In this document: positions 10,331 to 20,010 of the stretch, piece after piece
Numbering within the stretch: the stretch's first letter is position 1
How the letters are laid out: the number at the start of each line of letters is the position of its first letter
Source: an uncultured Verrucomicrobiae bacterium
Lineage (GTDB): Bacteria > Verrucomicrobiota > Verrucomicrobiia > Chthoniobacterales > Chthoniobacteraceae
NCBI GenBank assembly: GCA_963769025.1
Contig: CAVYKI010000003.1
Location: forward strand, 960,001 to 1,024,000
Reading direction: 5' to 3'
Length of the DNA stretch: 64,000 bases
Translations under genes and position numbers: made by a program
Notes under the pieces: generated by a model
Seen by the model: the letters and a program-made list of their open reading frames with translations, nothing else
What the model was told of the DNA's origin: nothing
Database searches by the model: none

Positions 10331-11067
10331 CTATTCCCGGCGCCTGCGCCGCACGCCGGCCGCTGCCAGTGCCGCGAGGCACCACAAAGCGACCGTCGAG
10401 GGCTCGGGGACGGCAGCCACCGTCTGCAGTTGGACGGCTCCGATCGTCCGGAAATGCCAGCCCCATTGTAAATCGAAGTAAGCGCAGCGTTGCTCGCCAC
10501 GTAGCTGATCCCGCCAGATAGATGCCACCGAGCGAAGTCTTCGCGATCTCCGATATCCGGATCGTTGGCGCGGTCGCTCCATCGGTCGCCGGGAAAATCC
10601 AGTTCGCCGTAAAGGCTGGTCCTGTCGCGAATGGCTCGTAAAAAATCGCCTGCTCCGTGACGGTACTCAAGGCGGTGCTGACCGATGTGTTGTCCGTCGC
10701 CTTCAGTGACCCACATGTACATCTGCTGATTGCACGCGATAAAGGAGGGGTTGGCAACGATACGTTGAAGACGGAGGTGCCTGGAAGATACCTGCAAATC
10801 CGACCTGTACCAGTGCCGACTTGGGTCTGAGCCGAACTCACGAAACGGCGTGTTCAGCGCGCGACATTCGCCCCGTCGGCGAAGCAAGCACTGCAATCGA
10901 TGCGTCGGAAATGGGAAAATACCCGATCCGGATGTAGTTGCCGACTGCGCGAGGGCCGCCGTGGAGCTGTCCGCAAAACCGGTCGTCGACCCTGTGCACT
11001 CCAGTTGACTGTGGCACCGTGAGCGGCGACGCCGTGAAGACGCAGGCGGCGAGAAGGTGAGCTTCAT
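10331..11067 (-). CDS. PEP-CTERM (exosortase-sorted) surface protein, multiply frameshifted
   Basis: C-terminal VPEPSTVALWCLAALAAAGVRRRRR; signal-like MKLT-LLAACVFTA; Ser/Thr-rich middle spread over several frames. Confidence 0.75.
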
Positions 11068-11108
11068 TCATGCAATGAAATCAGGGAGGAGTGGCGGAGC
11101 AGACGAGA

Positions 11109-12192
11109 CTAGAACGTGGCCGGATGTTGAGGAGCGACCCAATTGAATGGCGCGCCGTTTCGCTTGATGAAGAGGGCGGCACCCGACCGGGATGCGAAGT
11201 GGTGCTCGCGTCGACCCGCGATGTCCGAACTTCCTCCAGCCGTCCCCGGCAAGCCCGCCGCTCGTAGTAATAAGGTGCGGTAGCCGGCACGTCGCCGCAT
11301 TCCAGAGGAGCAATCTGATCGCCGGACGATGGATCCGTTGCCGCGTTTCACGCCAGTGCTCCGGGGAATCCCGGTATACAAACCGGAAGCTCGCAAGCGT
11401 CATTCCCGACGCGTACACATTGCCCAGCAAAGAGTAACCCGTGACGACTGGAATCGAAGTCTGGCCGGTTTTGACGGCGCCGCTGACGACAATGTTCACC
11501 GCCGCGCTCTGCTTGCGCTGAATGAGAAGGCCGTCATCCGGATAAATGACCGTATTGCTCTGATCGCCTGACGGTGCCGAACTCCTCCAGCCCGATCCCC
11601 GCAAAATCCGCCGGTCGAGTAGTAGTAGGTGAGAACCCGCCAGTCCGGAGAGCTGAATCTGATCCGGCGGAGGACGACCGGAGCCCGCCGCTGAGTCCGT
11701 TTTGATTCGTGGCGCCGAAGACGCCGGCGATCGTCCAGTGCGGGCGAATCTTGTAGGTGGCGTTAGCCGGTGCTGGTGCCCGAGGAGCGGACCGCCGAGG
11801 GTCAGCGTACTTGGCGTGCAGCGTTGGTGGCAAGGATGTCGTAGGTCGTCCCAGCCGCCGGCCCCGAAGTGATCTCGACGAAATGCGTGGGGGCCGCCCC
11901 CACGGTGGTGCTGTTATACAGGTTGTCGGTCCAGGTCGCGTTCGGGTCCGCGAGCGTGGTGGAACCCCCGGCGGACGTTGTCGTCGATTGAAACGCGACT
12001 GCTTTCATCAATCCGAGCGTCGCGAAGGTGTACTTCGGCGCGGACGCTGTGCCGCCGCCGGCGATGGACATCGTCAGGAAACCCACGGGTTCCGTGACGG
12101 CGGTGGTCTGGGCTTGCGCGCACGGTGAGCGTGAGGGCGGCGATCGCCACGACGGCAGCAAGAGGCCGGATGAGGGATGCGTTCATTTTCAT
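11109..12192 (-). CDS. TIGR02597-like verrucomicrobial secreted protein, multiply frameshifted
   Basis: Signal peptide, then TEPVGF...HFVEITSG...YKIRPHWTIAGVFG...IYPDDGLLIQRK...VSGAVKTG across frames. Confidence 0.65.
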
Positions 12193-12350
12193 CGGATGGT
12201 GTGGTTCTGGTTCTGGAAGTTCAGAAATGCGAGGGGGCGGATTTCAGATGATTTCCGCCTCGCATCTCTAGTCGAATTGCGGACGGGCACAACATTTTTA
12301 TCGTCCGCTTTCCGTAAAGTTTCGTCCAGACGCGGAGGGTGCGGTCCCTC

Positions 12351-12508
12351 GGTAGGGACGGCTCGCCGAGCCGTCCCACGAATCCGGGCGCGTTCAGCCG
12401 CGTCAGGACTCGTCCGAGGCGCGTTCGGAAGGGCGGCGGGGCGGGACCCGTCCGAGAGGGCGGAGTGCGGGCGGGGAGATGGGGCGCGTTCGGCGAACGC
12501 GCCCTACC
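12351..12508. repeat. REPIN-like doublet of GTAG-type REP palindromes (family 1)
   Basis: GGTAGGGACGGCTCGCCGAGCCGTCCC and inverted GGGCGCGTTCGGCGAACGCGCCCTACC; both 27-mers recur identically at 34546-34653. Confidence 0.85.
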
Positions 12509-12544
12509 TTGACCATCGCGGGCGGGTCTGCTTTTGTCTGCGGC

Positions 12545-12592
12545 GTGATTTTCCTGCTGACCAGCCGACTTACGCTGCTCCCCGGCAACTGA
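12545..12592 (+). CDS. Putative leuA leader peptide (MIFLLTSRLTLLPGN)
   Basis: GTG start, 5 Leu in 15 codons, TTGACC-N17-TTTTGT promoter-like motif 7 nt upstream, overlaps a hairpin. Confidence 0.6.
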   Translation: MIFLLTSRLTLLPGN

Positions 12593-12730
12593 CCGGTGCC
12601 CCGGTATCCGGTGGCACCCTGCCGGGGAGCTGTTTGCTTGCGCGCAATCCGCGCGATTTGCGTAATCGGCTGGCGCTTCTTCCCGGGCGGCGGGAGTGGC
12701 CGGCTGCTCGACCTGCCCGCCGCCCATTTT
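12577..12730 (+). promoter_or_regulatory. Attenuator-like hairpins in the leuA leader
   Basis: GCTCCCCGGCA/TGCCGGGGAGC (12577-12630) with an inner GGTGCC/GGCACC stem; GGGCGGCGGG/CCCGCCGCCC (12685-12725) followed by ATTTT. Confidence 0.55.
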
Positions 12731-12746
12731 CAAAAATCACACACCC

Positions 12747-14417
12747 ATGCTCCCAAATCCTTCCTCCAAATACCGCGCGCATCCGCCGGTGCAGCTGCCC
12801 GGCCGGCAGTGGCCTTCGCGCACGCTGACGAAGCCGCCCATCTGGTGCTCCGTGGATCTCCGCGACGGCAACCAGGCGCTGGCCGTGCCGATGAATGTGG
12901 CGCAGAAGCTGGAGCTCTTCCAGGCGCTGGTGCGGTGCGGCTTCAAGGAAATCGAGATCGGTTTCCCGGCGGCGTCGAACACGGAGTTCGCGTTCAACCG
13001 GACGCTGATCGAGGAGGGCCGCATCCCGGAGGACGTGACGGTGCAGGTGCTCGTGCAGGCGCGCGAGGATCTGATCGAGCGGACCGTGGAGTCGCTCATC
13101 GGCGCGAAGAAGGTGATCATCCACCTCTACAACAGCACGTCGCCCGCGCAGCGGCGCGTGGTGTTCGGCAAGACGAAGGACGAGGTGCGCGAGATCGCCG
13201 TGCGCGGCGCGCAGTGGATCCGCGACCGGCTGCCGCGACTGGAAAAGGGCGGCACGGACGTGCGGCTGCAGTATTCGCCCGAGAGCTTCAGCGCGACGGA
13301 GGTGGAATTTGCGAAGGAAATCTCCGAGGCCGTGATGGACGTGTGGCAGCCGACGCCGCAGCGCCCGATGATCCTGAACCTGCCCGACACCGTGGAGGTC
13401 GCGATGCCGAACGTGTACGCCGACCAGATCGAGTGGATGTGCACGAACATCCGCAACCGGGATTCGCTGATCGTGTCGCTGCACACGCACAACGACCGCG
13501 GCACCGGAATCGCCGCGACGGAACTCGGCCTGCTCGCCGGCGCGGACCGCGTCGAGGGCACGCTTTTCGGAAATGGCGAGCGCACGGGCAACCTGGACAT
13601 CGTCGCCGTGGCGATGAACTGCTACATGCACGGCATCGCGCCGGGGCTGGATTTCTCCGACCTGAACGCGCTGATCGAAATCTACGAGCGCTGCACCGGC
13701 ATGACCGTTCCCGCGCGGCATCCGTACTCGGGCGAGCTGGTCTTCACGGCGTTCAGCGGGTCGCACCAGGATGCGATCAAGAAGGGACTCGCCGAGTGGG
13801 AAAAGCACCGTCGCGGCGAGCATTGGGACGTGCCGTATCTCACGATCGATCCGGCGGATGTCGGCCGCGAATACCGCGAGGTGATCCGCGTGAATTCGCA
13901 GAGCGGAAAAGGCGGCGTGGCGTACTTGCTGGAGAGCGAATTTGGCATCGAGCTGCCGAAGGACATGCAGCGCGAATTCGGCCCGCTGGCGAACGACGAG
14001 GTGGACCGGCTCGGCCGCGAAGTGAGCGCCACGGAGCTGAAGGGGATGTTCTGGCGCGAATACATCGAGCGCACGAAGCCGTGGGAGCTGATCCATTTCC
14101 ACGCGGACGGAGTCGATGGCGTCTTTTCCTGCCGCGCCTCCGCGCGCCGCGCCGCCGCCGAAGTGCAGCTCACCGGCGAGGGCAACGGCCCCATCGCCGC
14201 ATTCGTCCACGCGCTCAACGCCGCGGGCGTGCCGAAGTTCGAGGTCGCAAGCTACCGCGAGCAGTCGCTGAGCTCCGGCACCGAGGCGAGCGCGCTGGCC
14301 TTCATCCAGATCCAGCTCGCCGACGGCCGCACCAAATGGGGCGCCGGCGTGGACACGAACGTGGAGCTGGCCGCCATCAAAGCCGTGCTCAGCGCGGTCA
14401 ATCGTGCTACCGCATAG
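12747..14417 (+). CDS. leuA: 2-isopropylmalate synthase (yeast/actinobacterial type)
   Basis: WCSVDLRDGNQAL, HTHNDRG, GNGERTGN, FSGSHQDAI, GNGPI. Confidence 0.96.
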   Translation: MLPNPSSKYRAHPPVQLPGRQWPSRTLTKPPIWCSVDLRDGNQALAVPMNVAQKLELFQALVRCGFKEIEIGFPAASNTEFAFNRTLIEEGRIPEDVTVQVLVQAREDLIERTVESLIGAKKVIIHLYNSTSPAQRRVVFGKTKDEVREIAVRGAQWIRDRLPRLEKGGTDVRLQYSPESFSATEVEFAKEISEAVMDVWQPTPQRPMILNLPDTVEVAMPNVYADQIEWMCTNIRNRDSLIVSLHTHNDRGTGIAATELGLLAGADRVEGTLFGNGERTGNLDIVAVAMNCYMHGIAPGLDFSDLNALIEIYERCTGMTVPARHPYSGELVFTAFSGSHQDAIKKGLAEWEKHRRGEHWDVPYLTIDPADVGREYREVIRVNSQSGKGGVAYLLESEFGIELPKDMQREFGPLANDEVDRLGREVSATELKGMFWREYIERTKPWELIHFHADGVDGVFSCRASARRAAAEVQLTGEGNGPIAAFVHALNAAGVPKFEVASYREQSLSSGTEASALAFIQIQLADGRTKWGAGVDTNVELAAIKAVLSAVNRATA

Positions 14418-14419
14418 CC

Positions 14420-15805
14420 ATGTCCGCGCTCGCCCAAAAGCTCGCCCGCATCGCTGAACTGCGCAGCGAGATCGACGCGATCCGTCCGCTCTCGCGCGAG
14501 ATCGAGGAGCGCGTCATGCAAAAATTCCGCCTCTGGTGGACGTATCACTCGAACGCCCTCGAAGGAAACGCCCTCACGCTCGGAGAGACCGAGACATTCC
14601 TGATGGAGGGCCTCACCGCGAAAGGCAAACCGCTCAAGGATCACCTCGACATCCGCGGCCATCACGCCGCGATCGACTACCTGCTGGAGTTCATCCGCCA
14701 AAAGGAAACGCTCACCGAGGCCATCATCCGGGAGCTGCACAAAATCATCCTCGTCGAGGATCATTACGTCGAGGCGGAGAACGCCGACGGGCAGCCCGTG
14801 CGGAAACTGATCCGCGTCGGCGAATACAAGACCGAGCCGAATGCGCGCAGGACGACGACGGGCGAGCGGAAATTCTACGCGAATCCGACGGAGACGCCCG
14901 CGCGTATGCGCGACCTGATCGCCGGGTATCGCGAGGACTGCGATCGCGATGAAAAACACATCGTCGAGATTGCCGCACGCTTCCATCACGAGTTCACCGC
15001 AATCCATCCATTCGACGACGGCAACGGCCGCATGACGCGGCTGCTCACCAATCTCATCCTCATGCAGGCGGGGTTCCCGCCGGTCGTCATCCGCACGCAG
15101 GAGCGCAGCGCTTACATCTTCGCCCTCTCAAAAGGCGATCAGGGCGAACTCGAAGACATCACGGTCTTCATCGCAGACCATCTCATCGAAGCGATGGAAC
15201 TCTACCTGCGCGGCGCGCGCGGTGAGGAGATTTCCGAGCCGACGGATGTGGACAAGGAGATCGCGATTTTGAAACGCGAGATGCAGCATATCGAAGCGGC
15301 GAGCCCGCGCGATGCGACCAACACAAGACGCATCGTTTCAATGCAGGTGATTCCAGCTTGGGAACGAATTGGTCCTAGGCTCGCGAGCCTTGGCGAGTTG
15401 TTCGCGAATGCAAAAGTGAACGTAACCGTTTCGTGGGGGAAAATCGGGCGCTCATCGAGTCACGAGATCCAGAAAAATCTGCCGGGACTGATTTCCGTTT
15501 CCGAAATCGAGGGCAATATGACATCCGACACTTGGTTTCAGCAGATTCAGTTTAACGTGGTGCTTCACGGTTTTACTCGCTCAGGCACCCGCCCATTTGA
15601 TGTTCAAGCGCAATTCACCTGGTTGTTCGCCGAACTGAAATACTCGCTCATGCTCAATGTGAGCCTCCAAGGCCGGCCGACAGAACTTGAGCGCATCTAC
15701 AATGAGGATATTCCGAGCGATGTGTTGTCGAAAGCGATGGATGCTTTCTGTTTCTACTTCGTTGAAGAAGTGAGGAAGCAGACCAACGGAAAGATTCAGC
15801 GCTAA
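14420..15805 (+). CDS. Fic family protein with divergent C-terminal domain
   Basis: HPFDDGNGRMTR Fic motif; SNALEGN inhibitory-helix motif; ATG 2 nt after the leuA stop. Confidence 0.9.
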   Translation: MSALAQKLARIAELRSEIDAIRPLSREIEERVMQKFRLWWTYHSNALEGNALTLGETETFLMEGLTAKGKPLKDHLDIRGHHAAIDYLLEFIRQKETLTEAIIRELHKIILVEDHYVEAENADGQPVRKLIRVGEYKTEPNARRTTTGERKFYANPTETPARMRDLIAGYREDCDRDEKHIVEIAARFHHEFTAIHPFDDGNGRMTRLLTNLILMQAGFPPVVIRTQERSAYIFALSKGDQGELEDITVFIADHLIEAMELYLRGARGEEISEPTDVDKEIAILKREMQHIEAASPRDATNTRRIVSMQVIPAWERIGPRLASLGELFANAKVNVTVSWGKIGRSSSHEIQKNLPGLISVSEIEGNMTSDTWFQQIQFNVVLHGFTRSGTRPFDVQAQFTWLFAELKYSLMLNVSLQGRPTELERIYNEDIPSDVLSKAMDAFCFYFVEEVRKQTNGKIQR

Positions 15806-15843
15806 ATCGCACGGACCGGGCCGACAGATTGTCGGCCCCACGT

Positions 15844-17079
15844 TCAAGCCGCGGTGAACTTCGCGCAAAACGCGCCGTCCACGGCGTCGATCCACGGGCG
15901 GACGTGGCGCGTGGTTTCGAGGCGCAGGGCGGGGATCGTGCGGGCGGCTTCTTCGGCGACGTGCTCGTTTTCCTCGGGCTCGAGGGAGCAGGTGGAATAG
16001 ACGAGCGTGCCGCCGGGCTTCAGCAGGCCGGCGCAGCGACGCAGGAGGGCGAGCTGTTGCGCGGGCATGCGGAGGAAATCCTCCTCGCTCAGCCGCCAGC
16101 GGACGTCGAGGCGGCGGCGGATGACGCCGGTGTTGCTGCACGGCGCATCGACGAGGATGCGGTCGAAGCTGCGCGGCGCGAGCTCGGGGGATTCCTTCAT
16201 CGTGTCGAGGACGAGCGCGCGGACGTTCTGCACGCCGAGCCGCGCGCAGTTTTCGCGGAGGCGCACGACGCGGCTTTCCCACAGGTCGCATGCGGTGATG
16301 CGGCCTTCGTTGCGCATGAGCGCGGCGAGATAGGTCGTCTTGCCGCCGGGTGCGGCGCAGGCGTCGAGGATGGTTTCGCCGGGCTGCGGATCGAGCATGT
16401 CGCAGGCGGCGAGCGTGCTCGGATCCTGCACGTAGCAGAGGCCGCGTTCGAGCCAGTCCGCGGGGATGCGCGGGGCGCTGAGCGCGAGCGGGTGGAAAGG
16501 GTGCGGCTCGGCGCCGGGCAACGCGGCGAGGAGTTCGTCGCGCGTGGTCTTGAGCGTGTTCGCGCGGAGGAGGACGGGCGCGGGGGTGTTGTTCCAGTCG
16601 GCCAGCGCACGCGCGGCGTCGGGGCCGAAATTGGCGGTCCATTTTTCCAACAGGAACTCAGGATGGCTCGTCCGCACATCGAGCGGCGCGCCGGCGAGCG
16701 CGGCGTCCAGCGCGGGGCGTTCGCGGCCGGCGCGGCGGAGGATGGCGTTGACGAGTCCGCCGGCGCGGCGCGAGAGCGAGACGGTCTCCTTCACGATCGC
16801 GAATGCGGGCATGCGCGTGTGGAAAAGCTGGTAGAGGCCGAGGCGGAGGACGGCGCGGGTGTCGTCGTCCACCTCGCCGTCGCGCAGGCGGGCGATGAGG
16901 AAGTCGAGTTCGGTCAGGCGGCGGAGGACGCCGTAGAAAAGTTCGGTGACGAGCGAGCGGTCGCGGTCGTCGAGCTTCGACGCGGCGAGACGCTCATGCA
17001 GGAGGTCGTCGGCGTGCGGGCGCGTGCGCTCCCAGTCGGTGAGCAGCCGGTGTGCGGTGGAACGGGCGCTGGCTGCCAC
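15844..17079 (-). CDS. rsmB: 16S rRNA m5C methyltransferase RsmB/Sun
   Basis: NusB-like N-terminus; DACAAPGGKT, DAPCS, YSTCS. Confidence 0.9.
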   Translation of the reverse strand: MAASARSTAHRLLTDWERTRPHADDLLHERLAASKLDDRDRSLVTELFYGVLRRLTELDFLIARLRDGEVDDDTRAVLRLGLYQLFHTRMPAFAIVKETVSLSRRAGGLVNAILRRAGRERPALDAALAGAPLDVRTSHPEFLLEKWTANFGPDAARALADWNNTPAPVLLRANTLKTTRDELLAALPGAEPHPFHPLALSAPRIPADWLERGLCYVQDPSTLAACDMLDPQPGETILDACAAPGGKTTYLAALMRNEGRITACDLWESRVVRLRENCARLGVQNVRALVLDTMKESPELAPRSFDRILVDAPCSNTGVIRRRLDVRWRLSEEDFLRMPAQQLALLRRCAGLLKPGGTLVYSTCSLEPEENEHVAEEAARTIPALRLETTRHVRPWIDAVDGAFCAKFTAA

Positions 17080-17094
17080 GGTCTTGCCGGCGGC

Positions 17095-17634
17095 CTAGCT
17101 CCCTACCTGCCTTTTCAGGCCGGCGACCATGGCGCGCACATGGGGATACTTCTGGCGGGGGATCAGCACTGCGAGGCTGACCGGGTAGCTGCCGAGCTGG
17201 AGAATTTCGATTTGCACGTAGCGGACGCCCCATCGGTTCATCTCGGCGCGGGTTTTCTTGTAGAGATCGATGGTGTAGCGGCCCACGAGCGCGCTGCCGT
17301 AGTCCTCGATGGTGTAAACATCACCCGTCGCGACGATGCGGAAGCGGGTGCCCGCCGGCAGCCAGCTCCAGTCGGCGGCGGCGCTGTGGACGGGCTTCAG
17401 GTAGCCGCCGATGGCGGTCACGCGTCCGCCGGGCTCGCTGTGGTGGTAGGCGGTCGTGCGCACATACATGAAGCGCGTTGCCTTCTTGGTGATGGCCCGA
17501 TCCGGCTTCGTGGCCAGGCCGCCGTCGCTGCCACGGGACACGGGGGTCTTGGCAGGCGGCTTCGCGCTGGTGCACGCCGTGAGGACGGCTGCACTGAGCA
17601 GGATGAGGCAACGGATGAGGAGCAGGAATCGCAT
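17095..17634 (-). CDS. 3D (Asp-Asp-Asp) domain lipoprotein
   Basis: Lipobox LTAC; TTAY, AAADW, IEDYG, TIDLY. Confidence 0.75.
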   Translation of the reverse strand: MRFLLLIRCLILLSAAVLTACTSAKPPAKTPVSRGSDGGLATKPDRAITKKATRFMYVRTTAYHHSEPGGRVTAIGGYLKPVHSAAADWSWLPAGTRFRIVATGDVYTIEDYGSALVGRYTIDLYKKTRAEMNRWGVRYVQIEILQLGSYPVSLAVLIPRQKYPHVRAMVAGLKRQVGS

Positions 17635-17717
17635 CGAAGGGCCTGCTCTGTAACGAAAGAATCGTGCCGAGGGAACAGAAAAGGCAGCCTTGGAGATTCA
17701 GGGACCGCTCGTCGTAC

Positions 17718-18230
17718 CTACCGGAGAAAACGCCCGAGATTTTCCTGCTCCCACTCGATCGAGCGGCGGTAGTGGCGGAAGCGGCGTTCCTTTTCCAGAA
17801 AGCCCTCATGATGCACGATGCGGCGGCCCGCGCTGTCGTGGCGGTCGGGTACAAAGGCGTGGAGCATCTCGTGAAAGACGACGTATTCGAGATACCACTG
17901 CGGCACGAATTGCCGGTCGAGCAGCGGGTGGATGCGGATGGCGCGGTCCTCCTCCTGGATGCTGCCGAAGACGATGTAGCTCTTCGGGCGCTCGCGGCGG
18001 CGGCGGCCCCAGACGATGGAGTAGCCGCGGAGCCGGTTGCGAAAGTAGCGCGCGTTGATCTTGTCGAAGATGGCGCGGAGATCGAAATAGCGGCCTTCAC
18101 CGGGGAACTCGAACTGGCGCTGGAGCGGCGTCCGGACGGTGGCCAGATGGCGCTTGCTCACCCGCTTTCGCGCCCCGGCCTTCGTGACTGGGCGGGAGGT
18201 GGACTTGCGCTGTGGTTTTCGCTTGCTCAT
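17718..18230 (-). CDS. SprT-like zinc metalloprotease domain protein
   Basis: FDKINARYF, IRIHPLLD, FHEMLH, downstream His. Confidence 0.75.
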   Translation of the reverse strand: MSKRKPQRKSTSRPVTKAGARKRVSKRHLATVRTPLQRQFEFPGEGRYFDLRAIFDKINARYFRNRLRGYSIVWGRRRRERPKSYIVFGSIQEEDRAIRIHPLLDRQFVPQWYLEYVVFHEMLHAFVPDRHDSAGRRIVHHEGFLEKERRFRHYRRSIEWEQENLGRFLR

Positions 18231-18289
18231 GGCCGGGTTGTTGGCGTTGGACAACGAAACGTGAGGAACGTTCACCCGGTTCACAAGAG

Positions 18290-19333
18290 TTACGTGCCGG
18301 GCGGAATTGATTGTCCGGACTCGCCCAAAAGCTGCTCCAGCCGGGCGACACGGGCACGGAGCTTGTGGAGGCTGTGTATCTGCGCGACATGCTCCTTCCA
18401 GTCCCGTGCAGGGACGGCCGGGCTACCCATATACATTTGTTTTGCTGGCAATGACTTGCTGACTCCAGACTGCGCGCCGACGATCACGCTATCACCGATT
18501 TCGACGTGTCCGACAGTGCCAACCTGACCCGCCAATGTCACGTAGTTCCCCAGCTTCGTGCTCCCAGAGACGCCGGTGAGCGCACAGAGGATACAGTGCT
18601 TCCCAATGACCACATTATGAGCGATTTGAACCAGATTATCGACCTTGGTTCCCTCGCCGATCCATGTCCGGCCAAACCGTGCCCGATCCACGCTCGAATT
18701 GGCTCCGATTTCCACTTCGTCATCGATCTGGACGATGCCGATCTGGGGAATTTTGACGTGGCGACCGCCCTGAAATTCGTAGCCAAACCCGTCGCCACCG
18801 AGCACCACGCCGCTGTGGAGGATGACCCGGTTGCCGATTTTGCAGCGAAATCCAACGGTCACGTGCGGGTAGATGTGGCAATCGCTGCCGATCTGCGCCG
18901 CATGCCCGACATAGCTGTGCGCGCCGATGATCGTCCCCGAGCCGATGGTTGCCCCTTCCTCGATGACGGCATAGGGCTGGATGCTCACGTCCGCGCCGAG
19001 CTGCACGCCGGGGGCGACGATGGCCGTCGGGTGGACGCCCGGCGGGAAGCGCACCGGCGGCGGCGCAAATCGCTCGACGACCTTGGAAAATGCGAGCGTC
19101 GGGTTTTCGCAGAGGATGCGCAGTGCGGGCACCTCTTCGGTGAACGCTACGGGGACGAGCGCGGCAGTCGCCTTGGATGCACGGAGCTGCGGGAGGTACT
19201 TGGGATTGCCGAAGAAGGTCACCTCCCCCGGCAAAGCCTCGGCCAGCGCGGCGGCACCGGAGATCTTCGCGGAACCATCGGCCCCGGACGCAAGCTGGCC
19301 GCCAACGAGGGCGGCCAGCTCCGAAACGGTCAT
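18290..19333 (-). CDS. lpxD: UDP-3-O-(3-hydroxyacyl)glucosamine N-acyltransferase
   Basis: Hexapeptide repeats, DGFGY, KIPQIG, TKVDNLVQIAHN; bamA-skp-lpxD synteny. Confidence 0.95.
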   Translation of the reverse strand: MTVSELAALVGGQLASGADGSAKISGAAALAEALPGEVTFFGNPKYLPQLRASKATAALVPVAFTEEVPALRILCENPTLAFSKVVERFAPPPVRFPPGVHPTAIVAPGVQLGADVSIQPYAVIEEGATIGSGTIIGAHSYVGHAAQIGSDCHIYPHVTVGFRCKIGNRVILHSGVVLGGDGFGYEFQGGRHVKIPQIGIVQIDDEVEIGANSSVDRARFGRTWIGEGTKVDNLVQIAHNVVIGKHCILCALTGVSGSTKLGNYVTLAGQVGTVGHVEIGDSVIVGAQSGVSKSLPAKQMYMGSPAVPARDWKEHVAQIHSLHKLRARVARLEQLLGESGQSIPPGT

Positions 19334-19347
19334 ATCCACGGCGTGGA

Positions 19348-19971
19348 CTACTTCTTGCCCTTCGGGTCCGCGGGCTTCTCGGCGGGGGCGGAGCTCTTCG
19401 GACGGTCGGCGTTGAGTTTGTCGATGATCTCCTTGGTGAAATCGTAGCTCTCCTTTGCGTAGAGGATCACCGGGACGTTGTTGATGCTGTTGCCCGAGGT
19501 GTCGAAGACCAGGTCGTAACCGATGGACTTCACCTTTTCGTCCACGACCTTGCGGATTTCGTCCACGATGCCGTTGCGGATGCGAAGGGTCTGATCGGCG
19601 AGCTGTTTCTCCTTCTCCATCTGGTAGGCTTGGAGTTCGCGCATCATGTTCTGCCATTCGGCGATCTTGTCGTCACGCTCCTTGGTCTTGCCCATCGCCC
19701 TCTCCTTGCTGAGTTCGGGCTTTTTGATCTCGTCGTTGAGCTTTTCGATGCTGTCCTGGAGTTCCTTGCGCTTCTCGTTGCGTTCATCGAGGTCGCGCTT
19801 CAGGACGGCTCGGGTTTCGCTCATCTTGGTTTCGGCTTCCTTGGTGCGCCAGTAGGACTCGAAGACTTTCTTCATGTCCACGGAACCGAGTTTGAGCTCG
19901 GCCCGCGCGGTGCCCGCAAAAGCGAGCGAGAGGACCAGGGAGAGGATGGGGATGATCAGGTGTTTTTTCAT
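19348..19971 (-). CDS. skp: OmpH/Skp periplasmic chaperone
   Basis: Signal peptide, KLGSVDMKKVF, coiled coil, GYDLVFD...YDFT. Confidence 0.9.
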   Translation of the reverse strand: MKKHLIIPILSLVLSLAFAGTARAELKLGSVDMKKVFESYWRTKEAETKMSETRAVLKRDLDERNEKRKELQDSIEKLNDEIKKPELSKERAMGKTKERDDKIAEWQNMMRELQAYQMEKEKQLADQTLRIRNGIVDEIRKVVDEKVKSIGYDLVFDTSGNSINNVPVILYAKESYDFTKEIIDKLNADRPKSSAPAEKPADPKGKK

Positions 19972-20010
19972 GTGCAAAGGCGTGTATTGACCCGCAAGGC
20001 GCGGGTCCGT

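Noticed and set aside
9681..10841. 386-aa ORF ending in a RelE/ParE domain
   Set aside because: Chance concatenation of PEP-CTERM, antitoxin and toxin fragments across a terminator
12596..15805. 1069-aa ORF suggesting a giant Fic fusion
   Set aside because: The first ~600 aa are an off-frame shadow of leuA; the real Fic gene starts at 14420
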